Positions 12,120-24,353 are shown, counted from the whole stretch's first letter. The stretch is DNA of 63,870 nt, filler included, from Malassezia furfur (GCA_052055015.1; 49 parts of 49 records of this genome joined end to end with filler, not necessarily neighbours in it), one strand, 5' to 3'. Program-made: numbers and translations. The notes: generated by a model not told the origin, from the sequence alone.

Positions 12120-13356
12120 CGTCGGTGCTCGACATGAACACAATCACGCGCGCAGGGCCGACCTCGGCGAGCTGCGCCGCGCGCGGGATCGTGTGCCGCA
12201 GAAGCGCGACGAGCGTCACGAGCCGGAGCTTGGGCGGCACCACCACGACGTGCTGCTGCAGCTGCGACGGCGCGGTGAACGTCGCCTTCTCGCCGTCGGC
12301 CGCGTCGTCGGTGCGCGGCGCCCCCGACGCGCCGGCACGCACGAGCAGCGGGCGGTGCAGCGTCGTGTTCGCAAACACCTGCACGCGCTCGTCGAGCGTC
12401 GCCGAGCACAGCACGAGGCGCAGGCGCCACGCCCACCACGCGATGCCGAGCGAGTCGGTGACGCGTGCGTCTGCGTCGCCCTCATTGAGCGCGCCGCTCG
12501 CGAGCTGTGCGTCGCGCGCGGCCTGCAGCGCGAGGCGGCGGCGGCCCTCGAGCGCCTTGATGATGCCGCTGAGCTGCTCCTCGAAGCCCATCTCGAGCAG
12601 GCGGTCGGCCTCGTCGAGCACGAGCCAGCGGCACTTGCCCACGTCGAGGCTCGACGTGTTCTGCAGGTGGTCGAGCAGGCGCCCGGGCGTCGCGACCAGG
12701 ATGGGGCACCCCTTGCGCAGGCGCTGCTTCTCGTGGTTCTTGGTGCTGCCGCCGGTGAGCAGGCCAGGCACCATCCACCGCGCGTACCGCGGCGCGTCCT
12801 CGTCGTCGGGCGTCGCGAGCGACATGGCGAGCAGCTTCTCGAGCACCGTGTAGATCTGCCGCGCAAGCTCGCGCGTCGGCGCAAGCACAATCGCTAGCGT
12901 CCCGACGCTCCGGTCGATGAAGCTCTCGGTCGACAGGGGGAAGAGCGACTGCACGATCGGCAGCAGGTAGGTCAGCGTCTTGCCGCTACCCGTCTGGGCC
13001 TGGATCATCACGTCGCGCAGCGCCGCCTCGTCGGGCGGCGACGCAAGCAGGGGGGGTATGGCGAGCCGCTGGATTTCGGTCGGCTGCGCGCCGACGCCCA
13101 TGCGCGTCGTGAGGTGGCGCGTGAGCAGGCGCTCGAGCCCGAGGCCCTCGAACGTGCCGTCCTGCGTGGGCGCGTTCGACGGCGCGACGTACGCGGCACG
13201 CGGCACCGCCTGCGGCTCGTCCGCATGCTGCTCGTCGCGCGCAAACAGCGAGGAAATGTAGCCCGTGCCCTTGGCGGGCGGGTGGCCAGACACGCGGCGC
13301 GCCGCCGCGACGGCGCGCGCCGTCTCGTCCGCATACGAGCGGGATGCAGGCGCCGA
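12120..13356 (-). CDS. DBP7: DEAD-box RNA helicase Dbp7 fragment
   Basis: AQTGSGKT, APTRELA, GG..K.HEKQRLRKG, TPGRLLDHL, DEAD, SAT. Confidence 0.88.
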
Positions 13357-13456
13357 NNNNNNNNNNNNNNNNNNNNNNNNNNNNNNNNNNNNNNNNNNNN
13401 TTAATTAATTAANNNNNNNNNNNNNNNNNNNNNNNNNNNNNNNNNNNNNNNNNNNN

Positions 13457-14438
13457 TCAGCCCAAAGATCACCTTGCAGCAGTTCAGGATGCAGATGATC
13501 TTGTCGCGCGGGGCGCGGTAGTGGTTCACTTTGCGCAGCTCCTGCACGGCAAAGTCGACAAAGCGCGCCGAGTGTGTGCCGGTCGGCATGTCGAGGTGGC
13601 GCTCCTCGATCCAGGAGAGCAGCTGGATGCGCCGCGAAAGCACCTCGTCGCGCTCCAAGTCGTTGGTCTGCACGCGCCAGTGGCCCTCCTGCTCGACCGC
13701 AGGGGGGAAGGTATAGGTATACAGCCGGTTCATGATCAGCTTCTCCATCGCCTCGGTCGCCTGGTCAAACTCGGCATCGGACAGGCGCGCCCACACACTC
13801 GCCTCGGCCATGCGCGCGGTGATGAAGTCGAGAAAGTCAAAGATGAGCTTCACCTGGTCCGCGGGCTTGTACGGCCGCTTGGTAAAGCCACGGAAGAAAC
13901 TGCGCACGTACTCGTTGACAGGCACGGCGCTGCGGTGTTTCATCTGTTCCAGGAAACGGTTGAAGTCGAACGGCTTGGGCACCGCCGGCTGTGGCACCGG
14001 CGCCTTGCCGGCCGCCTTGGCCGAGGGGGTAGCCGCCGGGGTGTCGCCTTGGCCGTCGTCAACAGAAGCGCTCGTGTCGTGGGCGCGCTCGGCTTCGGTC
14101 GTGTCGTGGGCGCCGGCAGTGCAGTCGGCCGCGTCATTGGCGCCAGCAGCACCGTCGGCGGGCACCGCCCCCTCCTTTCGGGGATCTGTGTGCGTGCTAT
14201 CCCGCGCATCGGTCGGCGCGTCCGGCGTTTCATCGTCCGGTGCCTCACCGTCCGGCTCCGCGGCCTCGTTGGCCTGCGCGGGCTTCGCCGGAGATGGCGG
14301 TGTTGGGGTGTCCTGCGCCGTTTCGGGGGCATTGCGCATGGACGACGTCTCCGTAGCATCAGAGGCATGTTCGGGCGTCGTCGACGCCGTCTCCGACGCA
14401 CGCTGTTTTCCCTTGGCCAGCTTCGGCTCGGCGGCCAT
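13457..14438 (-). CDS. VPS9: Vps9 Rab5 GEF, 5' part
   Basis: PFDFNRFLEQM, EAMEKLIMNRLY, ELRKVNHYRAPRDKIICILNCCKVIFGL. Confidence 0.9.
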
Positions 14439-14539
14439 GACGGGGGAGCAGCAGGCGCACGGCCGTGGCGAAGGCCCTGTTCGCGAATTTGCCCCATTCT
14501 CCACTTCGGTCCGAGCGCTACTTACGGGCGTGCGCACCC

Positions 14540-14693
14540 ATGGCGAGCGACGCGACCCGGCGGGCGAACCATGCGGTTCGCGCCAAGTACGAAAAGATTG
14601 ACAAGATTGGCGAGGGTACGTTTGCCGCCGTCTTCCTCGCGCGCAACACCGAGACCAACACCAAGGTCGCCATCAAAAAAATCAAGACGGCCG
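14540..14693 (+). CDS. Cyclin-dependent kinase N-terminus, probably Kin28/CDK7
   Basis: YEKIDKIGEGTFAAVFLA...KVAIKKIK. Confidence 0.7.
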
Positions 14694-14793
14694 NNNNNNN
14701 NNNNNNNNNNNNNNNNNNNNNNNNNNNNNNNNNNNNNTTAATTAATTAANNNNNNNNNNNNNNNNNNNNNNNNNNNNNNNNNNNNNNNNNNNN

Positions 14794-15600
14794 GCCGTCG
14801 CCGCGTGCATCGTCGCCGCGCGCGCCGTCGCCGCGGCTGCCGTCGCCGGACGCCGAAGAAGAAACCTCGGTCGTGCTGCGCCCGGCGCCGCGCGCGCCGC
14901 GCCGGAGCGCGCGTACGTTCAGCGAGCGTGCGCGCGACTACCTGTATGCGCGCACGTCGCGCAGCGATGCGCCCTCGTCCGAGCCGCGCGCGGGGCTGCT
15001 CGACCGCCCCGAGGTGTTTCTGACGTACGCGCAGGTGATTTTCAACGCGAGTCTGCTGCTCGTCTTTCTGTACCTGCTGTTCTGCGTCGTGTACACGGTG
15101 CAGCGCGACGTCTCGCAGAAGGTGCGCGAGTACGAGATCGGTACGTGGCGCGCCTCACGCAGAATACCTCGGCGAAATCGCCGCGTGCTCGTCGGCATAC
15201 GAGACGAACCGGTGCGGCACCGACCTGCAGGCGCCCGCGCTCGCCGAGGCGTGTGCGACGTGGCAGCGGTGTGCGTCGCGCGACCCCACGGTGGTGGGCC
15301 GCGCACGCGTCACCGCCGAGACGTTTGCCGAGATCCTGAACGGGTTCGTCGACGCGGTCAGCTGGAAGACGATGGTACGCCGCCCGCGCCCTCACGCAGC
15401 TCTTTTCGCTCGTCACGCTGTCCATCGTGGTCGGCGCGACGAACTCGACGCTGTCCTTCTTCCGCGGCTCCGCGCACGCGCGCAGCACGCCCGCGCCCAA
15501 TTACACGGCGCCCTACTATGCGCCGTATGCGCTGCCGCCCGACTGGGACGGCGAGTCGGCTCCGCCGCGCCTGCGTGCGCGCCGCGCGGACGACGAGTGA
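14794..15600 (+). CDS. Brr6/Brl1 nuclear envelope protein, 3' part; introns 15141-15162 (22 nt) and 15375-15399 (25 nt)
   Basis: TM helix, then IQ/VQRDV, spliced IAACSSAYETNRC...PALAEACATWQRCASRDP..VGRARVTAETFAEILNGFVDAVSWKTM, second TM, TGA at 15598. Confidence 0.88.
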
Positions 15601-15627
15601 TACCCGTACGTAGCTGTGGCGTGCATG

Positions 15628-16025
15628 CTATGTCTGTGCTGTGCGCTGCGCCTGCGGCTTGCGCCGCTGCGCGCGCTGCTGGCGCGCGGCCTTGGCGCGG
15701 CGCAGCGTCGCCTCGTCAAACACCATCCGTGCGCGCGCCTGCTCGCGCGCAAACTGCGTCTGCATGTCGCGCGCGTGTGCGTCGAGCGGCGCGGTCCATG
15801 CGCGTGTGCCCTCGAGTGCGTCGCCGCGCGCGTCGTCGCGTGCGAGCTGCCGCATCTCCTGCACCTCGCTCCAGCGCTGCAGCCGGCGCTCGCGCCGCCG
15901 CCGGCGGTCGCGGATCATCATAGTCATGCGCAGCGGCTGCGTCGGGCGGTAGCGGAGCATCGGCTTATTGTACAGCGTGGGGGGCAGCAGCGCGCCGCTC
16001 ACGAAGCAGGGGCGCGGGGCGCGGG
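15628..16025 (-). CDS. Conserved fungal hypothetical protein, C-terminus (possibly mitochondrial)
   Basis: PPTLYNKPMLRYRP.QP..MTMMIRDRRRRRERR basic motif; TAG at 15628. Confidence 0.5.
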
Positions 16026-16125
16026 NNNNNNNNNNNNNNNNNNNNNNNNNNNNNNNNNNNNNNNNNNNNTTAATTAATTAANNNNNNNNNNNNNNNNNNN
16101 NNNNNNNNNNNNNNNNNNNNNNNNN

Positions 16126-17349
16126 CACGCCGCTGCGCATCGTCGAGCGCCGCAACGCACACGCCGTCGGCGCCGGCGGCTGCCAGAACCTCGGCGAGCG
16201 CCGCAGGCACGGCGTCGCTCGTCGCGCCCTTGGCCGGTGCATCGATTGCCGCCGGCTCGGGCACGACGATGTGCGCGTCCACTGCGGCCATGGGACGCAG
16301 CGCGACGCGGCACTCGGTCTCGGCGTCGTCGAGCGTGCGTGCATTGAGCTGCGTGCGCTTGCGCAGCTCAACGAGTGGCGCAACGTCGACCTCGGCGCGC
16401 ACGGCGCCCGCATCGAGCCATGCAATGTACGCGGCCGTCTCGCCGTCGGTTGCGCACGGCAGCGCCGTTGCGCCGCCGTCCGCACCGAGCGCGGCCGTCG
16501 CGCGCTGTGCGTCGCGGAACGTGGAACGCGCGATCGGCTCCTGCAGAGCCCGCGCATGCTCGTCGGCAAACGCGAGCTGCACACGTCCCTGACGCTCGCC
16601 GACAATGCGCACGACGCGCCGCGCCACGAGCCGTGCGACCGCTGCATCGACGGCCGCGTCGCCCAGCACGCGCACGAGGTGCGCCAGTGCGCCCGGCGCG
16701 GCGCCGACGGCCATGCGCACGCCCGCCTCGGCGAGGCACGCCGCGAGGTCCGGCGACGGGACGCGCGCACGCGGCGCGGCAAACGTCGCGACGCTCGCGG
16801 CGTGACTGCGCTGCGCATGCACACGATGCACCATCGGCTGGTTCGCGTTCGCCAGCGCAAGCGATGTGCGCGGCGCCAAGGGCATCCAGCGCGCGGCGTC
16901 GGCAGCAGATACGGTGCGTGGCAGTGCGACGTCGCGCGCGACGCCCGCGTGCGCGAGCGCCGCAGGCTTGTCGAGGTGCGCACGCAGGTGCGCAATGGAG
17001 CGTGCTACGTCCGCAGGCGCATCAAGGGGGGGCAGCGTGCCGTCGGCGCGCGCCGCGTCGGCGAGCGGCGCCCATGCGCGCACGAGCACACGCAGCGTCG
17101 CGACCTCGCTGGGGGTATGCACGAGCTGCTTCCAGCGCGCGCGCCACGTTGCCCACGCGGCGCCCGTGTCGTCGGCAGGCGCCTCGACGAGCTGCAGAAG
17201 AGGCGCGGGGTCTGGCGCGGCGCGTGCGTCGCCGCGGCGTGCGTGCGCCTCGGACAGCACAACGTACGCATCGCGCAGCAGCTCCTGCCGCTCGTACGTC
17301 CAGGCGAGCGTGCGCCGCGCACGGCGACGCACGCCGGTGCGGCTGCGGC
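16126..17349 (-). CDS. Probable TFIIIC B-block-binding subunit (Tfc3/Sfc3) C-terminal fragment
   Basis: RRRARRTLAWTYERQELLRDAYVVL and VDAAVARLVARRVV resemble basidiomycete Sfc3. Confidence 0.55.
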
Positions 17350-17449
17350 NNNNNNNNNNNNNNNNNNNNNNNNNNNNNNNNNNNNNNNNNNNNTTAATTA
17401 ATTAANNNNNNNNNNNNNNNNNNNNNNNNNNNNNNNNNNNNNNNNNNNN

Positions 17450-18672
17450 AAGCACCTCGATCCGTACTGCGACGCGCTCAAGAAGAGCGAGTTCCTGCAG
17501 CACCGCATAGCGAGGCGCAGGTACGGCGCGTCCGCCGCCGCGCGCACCTCGCACACCACGCCGTCGGGCAGCGGCACACGCCCCGCGGCGAGCGGCGCAC
17601 ACACCTCGTCGGCCGCGACGTGCGGCGCGCGCGCCGCATACACGCGCGCCTCGTCCGGCGTGCAGTCCAGGTACGCAGCGACGGCCTCCAGCGGGACGCA
17701 CGCGTACACGCGCGCGAGCGCCTCGAGCCACCGCTGCGGCTGCTGTGCGACGCACCGCTCGACGAGGCCCAGGTTCGCGTCCGCGACAAACTGGTCGCGG
17801 TGTGTGGCGAGGAGCGTGCGCACTTGCTCGGCGTCCGCACGCCGGCCGTAGGAGCGCGCGAGCGCTAGGTAGGGCTGCGCCTGCCGCACGTACTGGGGGC
17901 GCAGCGACGCACTGAGGCCACGGAGCAGCGTCTCGGCGTCGACCGCGTCGCCGCACAGCAGGTGCGCAAGGATCAGCTTGCGGAACGCATCGAGCTGGAT
18001 ATGGTTGATGGCCTCGGTCGGGAGCGCGAGGCACTGCGTGAGTCGTGCGGACGTACCATGTCCCATGCCTCGATCGCGGCCGCGAGGTCGTCGTGCCGCG
18101 CGTGCACGAGGCCGGCATAGTACAGGAACGCGAGCACGGCGACGTACGGGAGGCCCGTGAGGTCGCGCGCGCCCCAGTCCGTGCGCGCCACGAGCGCGGC
18201 CGCGTCGTCCCAGCGGTCGTTGACGAGGTATTGCTGGGTGAGTGTGCGGTGCGTACGTAGAGGAGCGCGGTGTGTGCGCCCGACATGCCCGGTGTCGCGC
18301 ACGCGGTGCGCTCGAGGAACGGCGTCGCATACGTGGTCTGTGTGAGCGGCCGACGTACCGAGACGAGGCGGCCCTTGTCGCTCAGGGCCTCGGCCCACGC
18401 GTGGAGCGGCGCGTGTGGGAACGGGTCGGCGAGCGCAGCGTTGCCCGGCTCGAGCGCGCGCACGTCGTCGGCGGTGCGTGCGGCACGCAGTTCCGCGGCG
18501 CTGCGTCAGGGGGTGCGGGGACGTACAGGCACAGCAGCTTCGCGAGCGGCGCGTCGACGCGCGTCCAGGGCGGCGCGGCGCGGTCGCCGAGGAACACGTC
18601 TTCCGGCACGTCGTGCATCCAGAACGGCGCAAGGAGCTCGGCGGCGCGCGCGGGCTCGCGCGCGGCGAGCGC
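17450..18672 (-). CDS. CSN3: COP9 signalosome subunit 3-like PCI protein; introns 18501-18526, 18338-18358, 18234-18256, 18034-18056
   Basis: Spliced FLYYAGLVH...AIEAWDMCLALP..AINHIQLDAFRKLILAHLL, FVADANLGLVERC, LARVYACVPL. Confidence 0.75.
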
Positions 18673-18772
18673 NNNNNNNNNNNNNNNNNNNNNNNNNNNN
18701 NNNNNNNNNNNNNNNNTTAATTAATTAANNNNNNNNNNNNNNNNNNNNNNNNNNNNNNNNNNNNNNNNNNNN

Positions 18773-19993
18773 GCGCGCAACGCGCCGGCGGGCGGCGGGG
18801 CGCGCACGCCGCCGACGACGAGCGAGGCGGCGGCGATGCAGCTCAACCCCGCGCAGTACTACGACGTGCTCCTCGAGCTCGTGGCGCGCCTCTTTGACCA
18901 CGAGATCGACCAGGCGACGTACGAGGAGAGCGTGCGCTTCGTGTACGGGATCCACGGCTACCGCGCCATGACGCTCGACAAGGTGATCCACGCGCTCGTC
19001 AAGACGGCGCTCACCATCTCGGCGGACGTCAAGTGCCAGGAGCTGCTCAACGTGTTCGACACGACGCACGCCGCGCTCCAGGAGATGGCGCGCGCGCACG
19101 GCAACGACCGCGCCGCCGCGCCGCGCGACGTCCAGGTGTACAAGCGCCGCATCGCCGCACGCATGGACGCCGAGCACGTCCTGGGCCGCGACGAGCACCT
19201 CTTCCGCATCGAGATGGCGTGCACGAAGGGCGCGCCCAGCGACGCCGCTGTGCCGCCGCAGACGATGCGCATCCAGCTGCTCTCGCACGACGACCTCACG
19301 CTCGAGGACCCGCGCGACGAGGAGCAGCGCTGGCTGCAGTACATCGCAAGCTACTGCCTCTACGCGCCCACCGAGGGCCTCCCGGGCGAGACGCGCGCGC
19401 CCGTGCTCCAGCGCACGCTGCCCGCATCGCCCGACTACGCCGCCGACGCCGAGGGCACGCACTACGTCGTGCGCAACGCACTCGACATCCGCGTGTGCAT
19501 GCGCACCTACCGCCTCTTTTTCGTGCACGGCACCGAGGACGTGTTTGCGCGCGTGCGCCCGACGCCGCGCGACGACGCCGCCGCACAGCGCACCGAGGCG
19601 GCGCGCAAGCAGCGCTGGCACACGTGGCTCGACGCGCGGCATGCGGCGATGGAGGCGTGTGCCGCTCCGGACAAGGAGCCAGAAGGCGCGCGTGCGAAGG
19701 AGGAGGCGCACGCCGCCGAGCGCGCGCTCCGCGCGGACGTTGCGCGCGTCGCCCACTCGATCGCCCGTGCACGCTTCCGCAGTGCCGACGAGCTCGCGCG
19801 CCAGGCAGCCGCATGCGCCGCCGCGCTGTGTGTGCGGAACGAGGCGCTGGGTGCCGCGCTCGTGGCGCGTCTGTGCGACGTGCTGTACTGTGCATGCGAG
19901 TGGGTCGCGCGCCAGGCACTGCGTGCGCTGGCGGCCCTGCTCGACGCCCTGCGAGCGCAGCAGGCCGACGGCGGCGTGCGCGCGCTCGGTGCG
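18773..19993 (+). CDS. SIN3: Sin3 corepressor C-terminal domain with an unexpected extension
   Basis: YYDVLLELVARLFDHEIDQATYEESVRFVYG...TLDKVI, LDIRVCMRTYRLFFVHGTEDVF. Confidence 0.85.
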
Positions 19994-20093
19994 NNNNNNN
20001 NNNNNNNNNNNNNNNNNNNNNNNNNNNNNNNNNNNNNTTAATTAATTAANNNNNNNNNNNNNNNNNNNNNNNNNNNNNNNNNNNNNNNNNNNN

Positions 20094-21313
20094 GCACCAC
20101 CTCGCGCACGTTGCGCCGGTCGAGCGCCATGCGCCGCACCCAGAAGTGCCGCAGAAAGTCGGGCAGCAGCGCGTCGCGCACGTACGCACCGCCCACGCCG
20201 TCCGCCTGCGCGCATTGCTGCACGACGCGCAGCACAATGCGGCGCATCTCGTCGTCCGCGGAGCCAAACTCGCGCACGAGCGTCGGCGTGATCTCCTTGA
20301 CGAAGTAGAGCGTCGCGTCCGCGTCCATGAGCGGCACGATGAAGCCCACCGCCTTGAGGAACGCCGCGAGGCCCTTGCCGCGCTGCTGCCGCACGCCGAG
20401 CCACAGCGGCTTCAGCACGTGCTCAAAGCTCTCGATGCCGTACGGCGCGGCGGCCTCGGCGAGCGCCGCGAGCGCCAGCGCGGTCATCGTGCGCACCTTG
20501 GGCTGCTCGTCCTCGAGGCCCTGCCCGATGCACTCGACCAGCGCGCGCAGGTGCGGCAGCACACCGACGCCGAGCGCGATCGCAATCTGCTGCACGACCC
20601 GCACCGCGGTGTGCCGCGCGTGCCAGCTCTTCTTCGAGCGGCACACGGCGCGCAGAAAGGGCAGCAGCGCCGGCACCCCCAGCGAGGTCGCGACGACCGC
20701 CAGCGCCCGCGCCGTCGTGTTCCGCACGTACTCGTCCGCGTGGTCGATGTCGGGGCGCATCGTGCTGATCATGTGCGCGAGGCCCGCGGCCTTGGCGAGG
20801 TTGCTGATGATCTCGCGGCCCTCGACACGCACAAAGTAGTCCTCGTCGATGAGCAGCGGCTCGATCACGACCAGGATGCGGTGCACGTACGGGCGCACGA
20901 GGTCGTCCAGCCGGTACAGCACACGGTCCACCACCTTGACCAGCAGGTGGCGCTCCTGGTCCTCGAGCGAGCGCTCCATCAGCAGCGGCAGAATCTTGTC
21001 AAACAGCGGCCCGGCGCCCAGCACTCGCGCGCTCTCGGTGAGCTGCTTGAGCGCCGCCTTGCGCAGCGCCGGCGTCCCGTTCTTGATCTTGAGCAGCAGC
21101 TGCAGAATCAGCCGCTCGCGCCGCGCCTCCTTCGGCAGGCGCTGCGGCCCCTCCTCCTCGAGCGCCGCGCGGAAGTACGTCTGGTCCTCCGGCTTGAGGA
21201 ACGCCAGCTCACCGATGCCCGGCACCTCCGTCGAGACGTCCGCCACCATCTCGGGCAGCCCCGTCGCGGCCCGCGCACCGTCGCCCGCGGCCGGCAGCTC
21301 GTAGGCGTCCGCG
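20094..21313 (-). CDS. SF3B1: U2 snRNP SF3B1/Hsh155 HEAT-repeat fragment
   Basis: [61 protein letters not shown]. Confidence 0.97.
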
Positions 21314-21413
21314 NNNNNNNNNNNNNNNNNNNNNNNNNNNNNNNNNNNNNNNNNNNNTTAATTAATTAANNNNNNNNNNNNNNNNNNNNNNNNNNNNNNN
21401 NNNNNNNNNNNNN

Positions 21414-21530
21414 CGGCCGCGGCGCAGCGCCCGCGTGCGCGTGTGCGGGCTCGGCGGCGTGCGTGCCCTCGGCACCGTACGCCCGCGCACCCGCGCCGTA
21501 CGGATCGGCAGCGTCCACGTTCATGTACAT
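21414..21530 (-). CDS. N-terminus of an unidentified protein
   Basis: ATG at 21530 divergent from TRM10, open to the contig end. Confidence 0.35.
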
Positions 21531-21663
21531 CAACGTCAGAGGCGCGGCGCTGGGGACGTGGCGCCAGGCACCGTGCCCGTGCATTAAAACGGGCCCACTA
21601 GGCCGCCGAGGCGTTGCCGCGAACACCGCCAGCGCCGGCGCCGCGCTTGGCTGTGCCGCACGC

Positions 21664-22631
21664 ATGGGCGACGACGACGCGGCGCCCGCGCCGCCCGCGC
21701 AGCGGCGCACCGCGCCGCCCGTCGTGATCACCGACCCACGCACGGGGCAGCAGGTCGAGATGACCAAGTCCGCCGCAAAAAAGCTGCTCAAACGCGCCGC
21801 GCGCGAGGAAAAGAAGGAGGCCACCAAGCACGAGCGCCGCGCGAAGGAGCGCCAGCGCCGCAAGGAGCGCCGCGCACAGCTGCGCGAGCAGCGCGCACGC
21901 GACCCCGACGCTCCCAAGCCCGCGCCGCGCCCGCGCGCCGTGCCGTTCCGCGCGCGCGTCGTCGTGGACCTCGGCTTCGACGACCTGATGACCGCCGACG
22001 AGGCGACGTCGCTCGCCGCACAGCTCGGCTACCTGTACGGCGTGAACCGCACGAGCGCCCGCCCGTTCGAGCAGCTCGTGTTCGCTGGCGCAGGCGCCAC
22101 GTCGGGCACGTCGCTCGGGTTCACGCCCCCCCACGGCGGCGCCCATGCCTTTCCGCCGGCCGGCACCGCCGCCTCCTCGCTGTTTGCGGACCGCGTGGGG
22201 CAGCACATGGAGCACAAGAACGGCGGGTCCTGGCGCCGGTGGGCGCGCGTGCACCTCGCCGAGTTTGGCGGCCTCGAGGCGCTCTTGCGCCCCGACGCCG
22301 ACGCCGACGCCGACGCACCGCAGCCCCCGGGGCCGGTGGTGTACCTCACCGCGGACACCGACCGCACGATCGACGCGCTCGAGGAGGGCACCACGTACAT
22401 CATCGGCGGCATCGTCGACCGCAACCGCTACAAGCACCTGTGCGCGAAAAAGGCCGAGGCGCTCGGCATTCCCACCGCGCGGCTTCCGATCGACATCGAG
22501 CATGTGGGGCAGCACATGAACGCACGCAAGGTGCTCACCGTGAACCAGGTGTTTGCCATCCTGGTGGGCTGGACCGAGACGCGCGACTGGAAGGCGGCGC
22601 TCCAGCGCGGCCTGCGGTCGCGCAAGCTGCA
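21664..22631 (+). CDS. TRM10: tRNA (guanine-N1-9)-methyltransferase Trm10
   Basis: VDLGFDDLM, VYLTADT, YIIGGIVDRNRYK, TARLPI, RKVLTVNQV. Confidence 0.93.
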
Positions 22632-22731
22632 NNNNNNNNNNNNNNNNNNNNNNNNNNNNNNNNNNNNNNNNNNNNTTAATTAATTAANNNNNNNNNNNNN
22701 NNNNNNNNNNNNNNNNNNNNNNNNNNNNNNN

Positions 22732-23944
22732 CGCACCCCCTCGTCACGCTCTTTTTCCAGCCGACGCACGTCGAGGTGCACGGCGCCGCGGCGCCGGTGC
22801 GCCGCTCGCTCGCGAGCATCGTGCTGCAGTACATCTCGGCGCCGGTGCCCGCAAGCGTTGCGTGCGCGGCCGCCCACCTGACGACCGCCATGTGCCACGT
22901 CGCCAACGCGCCGCGCGATGCGCGCACCTCGCTCGCCGGCACGCTCGGCTCGACGCACGAGCTTGAGCAGGTCGTGCGCCGCCTGCAGGGCGTGCTAGAA
23001 AATACCTACGGCGACGAGACGCTGCGTGTCGCCGTGTGGCGCCTGCTCAGCGCGCTCGCCGACTCGCAGCCGGCGCTCGCGACGCTGCTCCTCACCGGCG
23101 CGCACCGCACAAGCAACGCCGGAGGAGCCGAGAAGCACGCGCCGGCCGAGGCGCCGCGCGCCGCCACCGCGCTGCAGCTCGCGATCGACGGCATGGCCAT
23201 CGCCACGGAGCTGTGGGACAGCGCGCCGCGCCTCCTCGACGCGCTGCTGCAGTTCCTCGGCGTGGCGTGGGCGCACGCGTACGAGCACGCCACGGCGTTC
23301 CGCCCGCTGCACGCCGACACGCAGCTCCTCGACGCGCTCGGCACGCTGCTTGCGCGGCCCACCGAGCCCGTCCCGGTGACGCCCGCGAGCCAGGACGCGG
23401 TGGCCGACGCGCCGATCGCGCTCGACGACGCCACCGCGGCCGTGCAGACGTACGCGTACCGCGTGCTGGTGCAGGCGCGCGCGCTGCACCTCGTGCAGAT
23501 GGACGCGCAGCGCTCGGCGTCGTCCGCGAGCGCGCGCATCCTGCGCTCGCTCACCGCCGATGCGCCGCAGTTTGCGCGCCGCCTGTGCGCCGCGTTCGCC
23601 ACCGACGTCGAGGCGCCGCACGCCATCGAGGAGCACCTCGAAGCGCTCGTGCCGAGCGTGCCGCTCGCGCCCCTGCGCAAGCCGCCGCACGCGGACGCGT
23701 TCGACGCGCGCCGCACGTTCGGGTGTGCGTACGTGTTCGCGCGCGAGGCGTACCTCGAAAAGCTCTACTTCCTCCCCGAGGACGTGCGGCACGACGCCAC
23801 CGTGCTCCTCTCCAGCGCGAGCCTCGCGTGGAGCCGCGCAGATGCACAGGCCGCGCGCGAGGCCGCGTGGATCGCGTGCCTCGGCAGCTGCGCCCCCGCC
23901 CTCGACGCGCCCGCGCGCGCCAAACACCTTGATCTTGTCCGTGT
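22732..23944 (+). CDS. Nucleoporin Nup188-like internal fragment
   Basis: VAVWRLLSALADSQPALATLLLTG, R.FG..Y.F, LAWSRADAQ. Confidence 0.6.
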
Positions 23945-24044
23945 NNNNNNNNNNNNNNNNNNNNNNNNNNNNNNNNNNNNNNNNNNNNTTAATTAATTAA
24001 NNNNNNNNNNNNNNNNNNNNNNNNNNNNNNNNNNNNNNNNNNNN

Positions 24045-24234
24045 CGTCCGCCGCGGGCGCGGCGCCGGCGCTGCTCCCGGCGCGCTTCGCGAGCGCAGGG
24101 TGCAGCGGCGTCGGCGCAATGCGCTGGTTGCTAGCGTCTACCGTCCATACCGTCTCGTCCTCCTCCGAGGGGCGCAGACGCACACACACGGCGACGTTCT
24201 CGCGCGTGCCCGCCATCGCGTCCGCCGCGGGCAT
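24045..24234 (-). CDS. Kinesin motor N-terminus (kinesin-7/Kip2-like)
   Basis: ENVAVCVRLRP motor-domain start. Confidence 0.65.
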
Positions 24235-24353
24235 CACACGAAGGACAACAGGCAAGAGGCACGGCGCGCGCCTCCACTGGCCGTGTTGATCGCGAAAAAC
24301 AACATCTACACATCAACACACACACACCTCCACGCGTCGTGGTGCTCGGCGCG

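Noticed and set aside
14615..14621. GGTACGT donor in the CDK gene
   Set aside because: It encodes the conserved GEGTF glycine loop in frame, with no matching branch point or acceptor.
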